This document shows, in pieces, positions 10,012 through 19,275 of a stretch of 64,000 bases of DNA (positions within the stretch are counted from its first letter, which is position 1; the number at the start of each line of letters is the position of its first letter). The stretch covers positions 4,175 to 68,174 of the forward strand of contig PWUU01000074.1 in assembly GCA_003562475.1 (NCBI GenBank), in the 5' to 3' direction. The notes beneath the pieces are model-generated. The model did not search any database. It was not told the origin of the DNA and worked only from the letters and a program-made list of their open reading frames with translations. This DNA is from Dehalococcoidia bacterium (GTDB lineage Bacteria; Chloroflexota; Dehalococcoidia; GIF9; AB-539-J10). The position numbers and the translations under genes are program-made.

Positions 10012-10449
10012 GTGTCTACTATGGAGAGCGTTCACAGCACAGCAGTCGAGATGACGGCGGAGGAGATGCACTCCCTTCTGCGCAAAGTCTCCTACGGCCA
10101 CCTGGGACTTGCCTTCGAAAACGAGGCCTACGTCGTGCCCGTGTCGCACTTCTACGATGGAAATAAGGTCTGGTTCAAGGTCTCGACGGAGGGCAAGACA
10201 ACCACCTATCTGCAAGCCAATGCACAGGCCTGCTTTCAGGTTGATGAACTGGTAGAGAGTCAGTGGGGCTCGGTCATCTGCTACGGCACGGTCTCGCTTA
10301 GCGATTCCGAGGAGCAAAAATCCCGGTTCCGCACGCTGGCCTCCCGCCAGGGCACTCCTGAAGCCGACAGTGAACACATGGACGTACTGATCTGCACTTT
10401 CACGATTGAGGAGATGACCGGCAGGAAGACTGCCGGGTACTCCGGATAG
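10012..10449 (+). CDS. Pyridoxamine 5'-phosphate oxidase-like FMN-binding protein (NimA-like)
   Basis: YGHLGLA...YVVPVS, EGK, CFQVD, WGSVICYG, EMTGRK. Confidence 0.88.
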   Translation: MSTMESVHSTAVEMTAEEMHSLLRKVSYGHLGLAFENEAYVVPVSHFYDGNKVWFKVSTEGKTTTYLQANAQACFQVDELVESQWGSVICYGTVSLSDSEEQKSRFRTLASRQGTPEADSEHMDVLICTFTIEEMTGRKTAGYSG

Positions 10450-10749
10450 ACAATTGTCAACGGCACGACCAGCGTTCACGACCGATTGCTTTGTAGAGTG
10501 CGGGCATCCGACCCACTGATTGCTGCTGCTACACGGGCGCAATAGTGCCCGTTTCCGGTTCTGGAGTCCTGCGATGCCGCTTCACCTGAAGTCGGGTATC
10601 CAGTGCCGTGGATTTGAGCGTCCGGTGTGGTCCGGGATATCCTTTCGGCGGGAAAGCCCGTCGATATGGGTGCTTGAATCGATGCGGAACCTCTAGTGGC
10701 GGGGCACATGTCCCCGGGAGACTGACTGAACGGACAGGAAGCTCAGGAG

Positions 10750-11646
10750 GTGAACATGCCTGACCTCGATACGATGCAGATCTACTCATGGGCCATTGCA
10801 GTGGCAGCCTCAAGGATATTCCTGATAGTCCTCCTGGCGGTGATTGTCCGCGCCTTGCTCGCCCGGCTCATTCGAAGGGCCATCTCAATGCGCATACGGG
10901 GCCTTAATGAAAACGGGCAGCCGCAACTCGCTGAAAGAGGCAAGACCGTGAGCACGGTACTCGTGCAGGTGACGGGTGGAATCGTATGGGTGGTAGCCGG
11001 TCTGATGATTCTTAGCGAACTGGGAATGAACATCGGTCCGTTGCTCGCCACGCTTGGTCTCGGCGCCCTTGCGATAGGTCTCGCTGCACAGAACATCATT
11101 CGCGACTACCTTCACGGCTTCTTCATTCTTATGGAAGACTGGTATAGAGTCGGGGAGGTCGCTATCGTTGCGGGCACAGGTGGACTCGTCGAAGGTATCA
11201 CGCTACGGCGAACCCTGCTTCGAGATCTTCACGGCACACTCCACATCATCCCGAACAGCAAGATCGATATGGCAAGCAACATGACGCGCGACTGGTCGCG
11301 CATCAACATGAATGTCACCGTCGCGTACAAGGAAAACATCACCCGCGTGTTCGAGGTCATCAACCAGGTCGGCCAGGAAATGATGACTGCCGCTGACTGG
11401 GGAAAGGACCTGCTCAGCGCGCCTCGCGCAGAGAGAGTCGACAGCTTCGGCGAGAGCGGCATTGAGGTGAAGATTCTGGCCGACACCAAGCCGATCAGGC
11501 AATGGGCGCTGGCCGGGGAGCTGCGGCGACGACTCAAGGAGCGCTTCGACGCCGAGGGCATCGAAATCCCCTGGCCACACACCAAGATCTACTTTGGCAA
11601 TGAATTGCACGCAGCCGCAGGCAATCTGCCGGCGAGCTCAAATTAG
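10750..11646 (+). CDS. Small-conductance mechanosensitive channel, MscS family (YbiO/YkuT-like)
   Basis: LAIGLAAQNIIRD, GFFILMED, TLRRT.LRD..GTLHIIPNS, GIEIPWP; RBS AGGAGG (start may be ATG 10756). Confidence 0.93.
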   Translation: MNMPDLDTMQIYSWAIAVAASRIFLIVLLAVIVRALLARLIRRAISMRIRGLNENGQPQLAERGKTVSTVLVQVTGGIVWVVAGLMILSELGMNIGPLLATLGLGALAIGLAAQNIIRDYLHGFFILMEDWYRVGEVAIVAGTGGLVEGITLRRTLLRDLHGTLHIIPNSKIDMASNMTRDWSRINMNVTVAYKENITRVFEVINQVGQEMMTAADWGKDLLSAPRAERVDSFGESGIEVKILADTKPIRQWALAGELRRRLKERFDAEGIEIPWPHTKIYFGNELHAAAGNLPASSN

Positions 11647-11685
11647 GACACGCAGGCATAGAGGCAACGGCATACTACACGGCAG

Positions 11686-12069
11686 CTACGACATCTCCAG
11701 CCGTGCATGAAGGTCGAGCCGGGGCGGAGAGAATACCTCGATCACCTTGCAGCCAGACTCGTGCGTGTAGTAGCCGTGCTCTGAACCGGACGGTACCGTC
11801 ATGATGTCCCCTGCCCTGATACGGTAGAGCTTGCCATCCAGTATTTCGTCGCGCTCTCCCTCCAGCACGATGACAATCTCCTCCGGCTCGTGGCTGTGTA
11901 CCTTGAACGAACAGTGCGCATCCTGCACGATGAAGCTGACTGTCATGTTGTCCGATGCATACAGGTGCGCCAGGGCACCTGGCCCCAACTGTATCTGCGG
12001 TAGCGCCCAGCATCGCTTAACCCGCTTCATCTCTTCCTCTGTCGCCCTTGTCTCTATCGGCTCCGGCAT
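11686..12069 (-). CDS. Cupin domain protein
   Basis: HSHEPEE and AGD...VPSGSEH cupin motifs; RBS AGGAGG before ATG 12069. Confidence 0.88.
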   Translation of the reverse strand: MPEPIETRATEEEMKRVKRCWALPQIQLGPGALAHLYASDNMTVSFIVQDAHCSFKVHSHEPEEIVIVLEGERDEILDGKLYRIRAGDIMTVPSGSEHGYYTHESGCKVIEVFSPPRLDLHARLEMS

Positions 12070-12285
12070 TAGATTCCTCCTATTCGCTGACTTCCACGAT
12101 AACACGATACTACACCAATCGGATTACCCTGCGTGAATTGTGTGCAGGCCACGCTATCCGCCGTGGTGCGCTCCGGGTTATGATGGTACATCCGGATGCT
12201 CCCTATCGCGCCGGGAGAGCATGGCGCGTCATGCGACAAGGACGAGAAGAATGGCGTGAACAGCGAGAGTGCAAAGGAGGAGGAA

Positions 12286-12732
12286 ATGCAGTTGCCTGAG
12301 TACATCACCGTCAGCGAGGTAAAGAGAGTCTGTAGAGAGATAGGTATCCGTGATTGGACTGAACTCAAAGAGGCGAACGTCCTGCCTGAAGAGGCCGCCA
12401 GGATTCTGTCGATTGTCAACGTCACCCACATGCCGGTGGACCTGGAAGACTTCAAGACGGGCCTCGACGTGGAGCTTGAGCACGGCCTGGTCTTTCCTGA
12501 TGCGAACGTTACCAATAACCATCCAATCCTTACCGGCAAGATAGTAATGGCCCACTTCAAGGAGTCGCTGGACTACTACCAGCGTCTCACTGTCGCTGAG
12601 ATCGAGGGGGACATGGCCAAAGCGGCTGCCGCCGGCGATTCGAGCAAGCTGCTGGCGCAATACCGAAAGCTCATACAAGCCAGGCTGGCGCTGGCCGAGG
12701 CGGAGGATGGGCTGCTGGGAACTGGCGCCTGA
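12286..12732 (+). CDS. DUF5661-family protein
   Basis: F..GLDVELEHG, NVTNNHPILTGKIVMAHFKE..DYY.RL; RBS AGGAGGAGG. Confidence 0.75.
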   Translation: MQLPEYITVSEVKRVCREIGIRDWTELKEANVLPEEAARILSIVNVTHMPVDLEDFKTGLDVELEHGLVFPDANVTNNHPILTGKIVMAHFKESLDYYQRLTVAEIEGDMAKAAAAGDSSKLLAQYRKLIQARLALAEAEDGLLGTGA

Positions 12733-12815
12733 GAGGGCACAACAAAGACGAGGCCGGATGAAGTCGCCTGGCCCGACTTCACCGGCCTCTCCTTCCACAG
12801 CGCTGCGGAAAGGAT

Positions 12816-13139
12816 CTAATCCATGTCCGCACGGTCCCGTGCCGCTGAGCCATCTGCATAACCATACTCATAACCCTCAGAGAATCCGAGCCCGTAGCAA
12901 CTCTGACATACTTCAGTCATACGTTTCTCCTCGCCAGCGGCAAGACCATCTTCATAGCCCAGCGCGTACGCCTCTTCCACAGAGACAGCGTCCTCTTGCG
13001 CCGCTGCGAAGCCATCAGCGTATCCTCTCTCGTATGCTTCGTCGGCGATTCTCTGGTCGGGAGTGCATCCGGCGAAAGGTCCCAGGATCAGCGCCAAGGC
13101 AATCATCGAAAGCCACAGAAGTCCTAGGGCCAATCTCAC
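12816..13139 (-). CDS. Hypothetical lipoprotein with YxxGYxxG repeats
   Basis: Signal peptide with lipobox FAGC; YERGYADG, YALGYEDG, YGLGFSEG, YEYGYADG. Confidence 0.65.
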   Translation of the reverse strand: MRLALGLLWLSMIALALILGPFAGCTPDQRIADEAYERGYADGFAAAQEDAVSVEEAYALGYEDGLAAGEEKRMTEVCQSCYGLGFSEGYEYGYADGSAARDRADMD

Positions 13140-13161
13140 GGCTTCACTTCCTTGTGTCGCA

Positions 13162-13914
13162 TTACATTACCTCCTGAGAGCAGCCCGGTGTCCGATCGGC
13201 CTGACAACCCATGCGCCTCTCGAACGCGCTGTTCATCATCCAGACAAATTCCTCTTGTGAGACGAGTGGTTGCCCGACCGATTGAAGCGTCCTCTCGTTC
13301 ATCGTCCCGTTCTTCACCAGTTCACTCCCGGCTTGCCGCGCTGCGTCAAGAACACCTCGCACATCCAGACCGTTGGCCTGCATGAATCGTAGCGCGAGAC
13401 CGTGCGGCCGCAGCAATGCGCCGGCGAAACGCCTGTGGTGCGAGCGACTCAGATCCTTCACCTGGCTGACAAGCGGATCAAAGGCAATCTCCTCGTAGTA
13501 CCCGCAGGTAGAGATGAGCACCACCGCCTTTTCCACGGTGTGCCGAGACGCTACGTGTCGGGTCCGTGAATCGTGAATCTCAAAGCACGGTGAGAGCAGA
13601 CGCACAGTACGCTCCATGACCCGCACCATCTGCTGGGTCATGCCTCCCAGGTGGACAGGCGTCGACAATACCCACACATCTGCGAGCGCCATGCGGTCGA
13701 CCAGCCCTGTGACATCGTCCCTGTGTATGCACACCCCGGGCGTACGATACCAGCAGACCATTTTGCCGCAGCATGTTTCCGCATGCAGCGTGCCGGCAGA
13801 CACCCGCTCCACGAATGCACCCGCTTCGAGTGCCCCCGCGATGAACTGCTCAAGAAGCAGTGCCGTGTTGCCCTGTTCCGAGTGCGGACTGCCATCAATG
13901 GCTATTATCTTCAT
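13162..13914 (-). CDS. Flavodoxin/NADPH-dependent FMN reductase family (iron-sulfur flavoprotein-like)
   Basis: IAIDGSP..GNT, CCGKMVCW..TPGVCIHRDD, STPVH. Confidence 0.85.
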   Translation of the reverse strand: MKIIAIDGSPHSEQGNTALLLEQFIAGALEAGAFVERVSAGTLHAETCCGKMVCWYRTPGVCIHRDDVTGLVDRMALADVWVLSTPVHLGGMTQQMVRVMERTVRLLSPCFEIHDSRTRHVASRHTVEKAVVLISTCGYYEEIAFDPLVSQVKDLSRSHHRRFAGALLRPHGLALRFMQANGLDVRGVLDAARQAGSELVKNGTMNERTLQSVGQPLVSQEEFVWMMNSAFERRMGCQADRTPGCSQEVM

Positions 13915-14239
13915 GCGCTCTCATGGTACAACGTCGCCCCACGAACAGGCGAATTCGACGGCCCCGACTGCACACTCCCGTCGCACAGGATAACCCGTCA
14001 GAAGGCGCCTGGCTCTCGAGGAGAAGGAGTGTTCACTCCTGACACGACTGGTGACCGGTGACACGGGCTACATTGGTGCGGCACTCGGATCTTACTATGG
14101 CGTGAGAGTACACCGGCAACAGCGAACTGCAACTTGCACTTGTGCGGCGCGAAAGAGGCACACGGCTTCGACCAGGCCACATAGACCGTTTGAGAGATTC
14201 TTCTGCACCGGTTCCGACACCCCTCAGGCGCATGCAGCG

Positions 14240-15583
14240 TTACAGCCTCAGCAGCATATGCGCCACGGCGAAATACACTCCAACGCCCGATATATCCATA
14301 ACCGTGGTGACCAGGGGGGCCGACACGAGCGCGGGATCGACCTTAGATAGACGAAACAGGAAAGGGAGCACACTTCCAACGGCAGTCGCCAGTACAGCCA
14401 CCGAGACGAGTGTCAAGGCGACAACCATTGACACCCGCGAGTCGCGTCCGAGCCAGAACGCCCAGAGCAGCACAGCAAGGCCCAAAGCCATTCCCAGCAG
14501 CAACCCCACACTCACCTCTCTTCCAATAATCGATACCGCTCGACGCGGACGTATCTCCCCTGTCGCCAGTCCCCTTATAACCACCGTTGCAGACTGAGCG
14601 CCAATGTTACCGCCAGTGCCAATGAGCAAGGGAATGAACGCAGCAAGCAGCACCACCTCGGCGAGCAGCGCCTCCTGTCCTGCGATGATGGACGCCGTGG
14701 CAGTGTTCACGACCAGCAGCAACAAGAGCCAGGATATCCGCCGACGTACCACGCTGAAGACACGCGTCGTGAAATAGCCTCGCTCCGTGCCCTGTACCGC
14801 ACCAAAGCGGTAGATGTCCTCGGTTACCTCCTCTTCCATGATGTCGGCGACGTCGTCCTGCGTGATGATGCCAACCAGTCGGTCTTCCCGATCAACGACG
14901 GGCACAGCGAGAAGCTCATTGTCACGTAACACTCTCGCCGCCTCCTCACGATCGCTGTGCGTGAACACTCTCTTGGGATTTGGGCTCACGATATCCCCAA
15001 CCTTGCTGTCGGGGCTCGCCAGTACCAGTTCCCTCAGTGAGACCGTGCCTTGAAGGTGCCGTTGCGGGTCGATCACATAACACACATAGATGGTCTCGCG
15101 GTCCATCGAGAGGCGATGTATCCGCTCCATTGCCTGTTCAACAGTCATGTTGCTTCGGAGGTCAACGAAGTACGGCGTCATCTCGCGCCCCGCAGTACCC
15201 TCCTCGTAACCAAGAAGCTGTAGCGTGACCTGACGCTGCTCGGCAGAGAGCAGGCCCAGCAGTCTGCGCGTGACGGATGCGGGTACCTCCTCAAGTAGTT
15301 CAGCCCGGTCGTCCGGCGACATCGCCTCGAGCAGTTGGCCTACAGCATGGTGGGTTAGAGACTCGAGCAGGCGGTGTTGCGTCGGTCCATCGAAGTCATC
15401 GAAGACCTCTACCGCGACATCCTTCGGCAACAGGCGGAACGCGAGTGCCATCTCTTCTTCAGGCACCGACTCGAGCAATATGGAAATGTCCACTGGATCC
15501 ATCGCCATCAAATGCTCGCGAAGGATCTTGAGGTTACGGGACTCAATCAATTCCTCGAACGCCTTCTCGTCAAGTGTCTCCAT
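14240..15583 (-). CDS. mgtE: Magnesium transporter MgtE (copy 1, 447 aa)
   Basis: MgtE_N domain, tandem CBS (TAGREMT, LVGIITQDD), GGNIGAQSAT, PLVTTVMD; RBS AGGAG before ATG 15583. Confidence 0.95.
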   Translation of the reverse strand: METLDEKAFEELIESRNLKILREHLMAMDPVDISILLESVPEEEMALAFRLLPKDVAVEVFDDFDGPTQHRLLESLTHHAVGQLLEAMSPDDRAELLEEVPASVTRRLLGLLSAEQRQVTLQLLGYEEGTAGREMTPYFVDLRSNMTVEQAMERIHRLSMDRETIYVCYVIDPQRHLQGTVSLRELVLASPDSKVGDIVSPNPKRVFTHSDREEAARVLRDNELLAVPVVDREDRLVGIITQDDVADIMEEEVTEDIYRFGAVQGTERGYFTTRVFSVVRRRISWLLLLLVVNTATASIIAGQEALLAEVVLLAAFIPLLIGTGGNIGAQSATVVIRGLATGEIRPRRAVSIIGREVSVGLLLGMALGLAVLLWAFWLGRDSRVSMVVALTLVSVAVLATAVGSVLPFLFRLSKVDPALVSAPLVTTVMDISGVGVYFAVAHMLLRL

Positions 15584-15610
15584 GCAGTTACTCCTGATGC
15601 GCCGTCTGTG

Positions 15611-15918
15611 AGAAGAGGAATGGCCACCCTGTACAAGGAGAGGGCGGCGACCAGTGCGTTGTGCCTCACAGAAAGAACCGGGGCACCCCGTCGCTTGCCG
15701 GGCACTCCTGACCTGCATCCATGAAACAGCGTGTGCGCGGTACCCTCGCGTACGCTGTCGCTCTCACGAGTCTGCGCAAATCGGCATCTGAGCGGTCGCC
15801 TGTATCGATTTCTACAGCCATGCGGTCAAGTCACCGACGCTGCGACACTGTTTCTCAATCGCCGCAATCATCTGGCAATTGCTGCTGGCATTCTATGCCT
15901 GACGTTTCTCCGGGTCAA
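15611..15918 (-). promoter_or_regulatory. Promoter and about 300-nt structured leader of mgtE copy 1 with terminator-like hairpin
   Basis: TTGACC-N17-TAGAAT (15918-15890); hairpin GCCGCCCT/AGGGTGGC (15648-15623) followed by a pyrimidine tract. Confidence 0.6.
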
Positions 15919-16088
15919 CGTATTCCGCCTCAGAAACTATCCAGGCCGGACGAGAAACCCCTCACATCCAGGCCTGCATCAGCCACCACGCGTCCGCGTC
16001 GCAGAGCCCTGTACCGTCCTTGCCTCCAGCAGGCAGCCCGCACCCGGGCGCTTCGCCGACGTCGACAACCACAGCAGGATGCGAGCTT

Positions 16089-17432
16089 CTAGGTGAACAG
16101 GATGAGATGGGCCACCGCGAAGTACAGCGCGACTCCCGCTATGTCCATCATCGTCGTAATCAACGGCGCGGACACAAGCGCAGGGTCAACCTTCGAAAGT
16201 CGAAACACGAAGGGCAACGCACTACCGACAGCAGTAGCCAGTGTCGCCACAGAGAGAAGTGTCATGGCGACCACCAGTGAGACCTGGAGATCGCGACCCA
16301 GCCAGTAGGCCCAGACGAGTACGGCCACCCCAAGCAACAGTCCCAACAACAAACCTACGCTCACCTCTCGACCAATAATCCACAGCGCCCGGCGAGGTCT
16401 TATCTCCCCCGTTGCCAGTCCTCTGATGACGACAGTTGCCGACTGAGCACCAATGTTCCCACCGGTGTCAATGAGCAACGGAATAAACGCAGCCAGCAGC
16501 ACCACTTCTGCGAGAAGTGCCTCCTGGGCGGCAATAACCGATGCAGTCACCGTGTTGACAACCAGCAGGAGCAAGAGCCACGAAATGCGACGACGTGCTA
16601 CGCTGATGATGCGCGTGGTGAAATAGCTGCGTTCCGTGCCCTGCACCGCACCAAAGCGATAGATATCCTCGGTGACCTCTTCCTCCACAATATCTGCCAC
16701 ATCGTCCTGGGTGATAATTCCGACAAGCCGCTCCTCACGATCGACCACTGGGACCGCCAGCAGTCTGTTCTCTCGCAGTATTCTGGCTGCTTCCTCACGA
16801 TCGGTGTGGGTGAACACTCTCTTGGGGTTCGGCCTCGCAATGTCTCCGACTTTGCTGTCCCGGTTCGCAAGTACGAGCTCCCGGAGAGACACTGTTCCCT
16901 TCAGGTGGCGCTGTGGATCAATCACATAACACTCGTAGATGGTCTCACGGTCCACCGAGAGTCGGCGTATCCGCTCCATCGCCTGTTCAACAGTCATGTT
17001 GCTGCGCAGGTCAACGAAGTACGGCGTCATCTCGCGCCCCGCAGTGCCCTCCTCGTAGCCAAGGAGGTGCAGCGTGACCTGACGCTGCTCGGCAGACAGC
17101 AGCCCTAACAACCTGCGGGCCACAGAGGCAGGAACTTCCTCGAGCAATTCCGTCCGGTCGTCTGGAGACATCGCTTCGAGAAGCTGGCTCGCGGCACGAT
17201 TCGCCATCGACTCCAAGAGGCGATGTTGTGTGGAACCATCGAAGTCATCGAAAACCTCCACGGCAAGGTCCTTCGGTAACAGGCGAAAGGCGAGCGCCAT
17301 CTGCTCCTCGGAGGTCGACTCAAGAAGCATCGCGATGTCGAGAGGCTCCATGGCAGTCAACTGCTTACGGAGCGTCTTCAGGTTGCGGGACTCAATCAGT
17401 TCCCCAAAAGTCCTTTCATCCAGCTTCTGCAT
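16089..17432 (-). CDS. mgtE: Magnesium transporter MgtE (copy 2, 447 aa)
   Basis: Same motifs and identical length (1344 bp) as copy 1; highly similar protein. Confidence 0.95.
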   Translation of the reverse strand: MQKLDERTFGELIESRNLKTLRKQLTAMEPLDIAMLLESTSEEQMALAFRLLPKDLAVEVFDDFDGSTQHRLLESMANRAASQLLEAMSPDDRTELLEEVPASVARRLLGLLSAEQRQVTLHLLGYEEGTAGREMTPYFVDLRSNMTVEQAMERIRRLSVDRETIYECYVIDPQRHLKGTVSLRELVLANRDSKVGDIARPNPKRVFTHTDREEAARILRENRLLAVPVVDREERLVGIITQDDVADIVEEEVTEDIYRFGAVQGTERSYFTTRIISVARRRISWLLLLLVVNTVTASVIAAQEALLAEVVLLAAFIPLLIDTGGNIGAQSATVVIRGLATGEIRPRRALWIIGREVSVGLLLGLLLGVAVLVWAYWLGRDLQVSLVVAMTLLSVATLATAVGSALPFVFRLSKVDPALVSAPLITTMMDIAGVALYFAVAHLILFT

Positions 17433-17484
17433 GACACTCACCCCCAGGTGCGGCCACGCCGACCCGCGATGCACCCGCAGAACC

Positions 17485-17606
17485 GAAAAAGAAGATCGCC
17501 ACCCTCGCTGGCTGAGAGTGGCGATTGAGGCGCTATCCTCTGTTGGCACTCTATGGTGCCCTGTCGCGCACAAACGGCAGCATCACGGCGACACCGCTTG
17601 TGTCAA
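17485..17606 (-). promoter_or_regulatory. Leader of mgtE copy 2 with intrinsic terminator (attenuator)
   Basis: TTGACA at 17606-17601 (weak -10); 12-bp hairpin ATCGCCACTCTC/GAGGGTGGCGAT followed by CTTCTTTTTC, about 50 nt before the start codon. Confidence 0.65.
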
Positions 17607-18012
17607 TGCGCCCCATTACGACGCTCCCTATCGCCAGGCTGCTCCTCAGCCAGCTTACGGTACAACGGTTTCCTGGATCGCTATCGGCATCCATATGCTC
17701 GAGTTGCCCTCTTGTGGCCTGCTACGCATCAGTGAAACGAGGCCCCCGATAGAACTATCGCGCATTCTACGCCACGGTATTGAGCAACGTCAAAGCAACT
17801 CGTCATTATGTTCTACATGCCTCTCACATGGTCGGGAGAGGCCCATCCCAATCGAAAGGAGGTGATGAGTCACCAGTGAACGAGCTCAATCCATTGACGA
17901 GAGACAGTCGGGTGCCTAAACTGAGCAGGCCGACTCCACGCAGCCCACCGACTAGAGCTGGTCCATGTGGAGACGCACCATGAGTTGGATGACCCGGAAA
18001 GGAGGACTGCCT

Positions 18013-18798
18013 TTGGACACACAACGGTTCCACAATAAGGTCATCATCGTCACCGGAGGAGGATCGGGACTGGGCGAAGACTACTGTCACGGTTTCGCCT
18101 CCGAGGGCGGAATCGTCGTGTGCGTCGACATCGACGAAGCAGCAGCCATACGCACCGCAACTGCACTCAGGGAGACCGGCAACAGATCCATCGCGGTCCC
18201 ATGCGACGTTACCAGGACACACGAGGTAGAGCAAATGGTCGAGGAAGCGCTCCACACCTACGGGCGCATAGACGTTCTCGTTAACAACGCAGGTGTGATC
18301 AGCCGCCGAAGCCTCGTTGGCACAACCGATGAAGACTGGAACAGGGAGATAGATACCGACCTTAAGGGTCCATTCCTGTGCGCAAGAGCAGTCGTGCCTC
18401 ACATGATGGAGCGGGGGTACGGCAAGATAGTTAACATCTCGTCTGTTGCGGGCATCGTTGGCTGCATCTCCACCGCATACGCAGCCTCGAAGGCCGGAGT
18501 TAACGGTCTGACTCGACAATGGGCGCTGGAACTGGCTCCGTACGGGATACGGGTGAACAGCGTTGCCCCGGGTTATACCGCAACCCCCATCAACGAGAAG
18601 CTACGGCTGACTCCTGCCGCCAAACGTATCGGCGAAACCATACCTCTGGGATGGGGCAAACCGGCGGACATAACAGCCGCAGTGCTTTTTCTCAGCGCCA
18701 ACGAGTCGGACTACATCACCGGACAAACGCTGGCAGTCGATGGCGGACTGACTACCACAGTGGACATGGGACCGGAGTATCGCACTTTCGACACATAG
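18013..18798 (+). CDS. SDR family oxidoreductase (FabG-like)
   Basis: TGGGSGLG, NNAG, YAASK, VNSVAPG, ITGQTLAVDGG; RBS AAGGAGG before TTG. Confidence 0.93.
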   Translation: MDTQRFHNKVIIVTGGGSGLGEDYCHGFASEGGIVVCVDIDEAAAIRTATALRETGNRSIAVPCDVTRTHEVEQMVEEALHTYGRIDVLVNNAGVISRRSLVGTTDEDWNREIDTDLKGPFLCARAVVPHMMERGYGKIVNISSVAGIVGCISTAYAASKAGVNGLTRQWALELAPYGIRVNSVAPGYTATPINEKLRLTPAAKRIGETIPLGWGKPADITAAVLFLSANESDYITGQTLAVDGGLTTTVDMGPEYRTFDT

Positions 18799-18854
18799 AC
18801 CGGCAACAAGCCACGACAACCCGCGAGACGAGCGCGACGGTAGTATAGACAATG

Positions 18855-19256
18855 TCACAAACGAGCTACAGCGGCACGCGCCTGGGATACGAGATCGAAT
18901 GCATAGCGCCACTCTTCCTCAGACATGCTCTTCTGGAACGGTCTGGGAAGGCCAAAAGCGAAGCCCAGCGGTCGAATCTTGCCCACATCTTCATGCACCC
19001 ACTCTTCCTGATCCCGTTCTGGCCTGGCAGCAAGCACCACAGTCATCCCTGCCGGCTTGTTCCGGCGGAAACGTATGCCTGCAAATACCACTTCGCTTCC
19101 CTCACCGACGGGCGCGGCGTAGTCTATCCACCCTTCCCTGTCTATTGAATCGGTTTCAACGACCACAGTATCAGGATAGGTGCTCGTCACCCACGAGTGC
19201 AATGTCGCCAGCATGCTGCAGAGAGGCTCTCGACACTGGGAAATGGACTCGCTCAT
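18855..19256 (-). CDS. Hypothetical protein
   Basis: ORF with RBS AAGGGGG just downstream of the amidohydrolase; no recognisable family. Confidence 0.65.
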   Translation of the reverse strand: MSESISQCREPLCSMLATLHSWVTSTYPDTVVVETDSIDREGWIDYAAPVGEGSEVVFAGIRFRRNKPAGMTVVLAARPERDQEEWVHEDVGKIRPLGFAFGLPRPFQKSMSEEEWRYAFDLVSQARAAVARL

Positions 19257-19275
19257 GCCAGTTGTCCCCCTTTCA

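Noticed and set aside
10450-10750. c-di-AMP or other riboswitch upstream of mscS
   Set aside because: Some local hairpins, but no ydaO consensus segments and no terminator.
15584-15890. M-box (ykoK) riboswitch upstream of mgtE
   Set aside because: The conserved UAGGUGAGGCU and GCUAAAGCU segments were not found in either leader.
17862-17890. Hammerhead-like GTGATGAG-TCAC..GTGA-ACGAG
   Set aside because: The core deviates (no CUGA, no GAAA) and there are no stems I/III; it overlaps an SD sequence.
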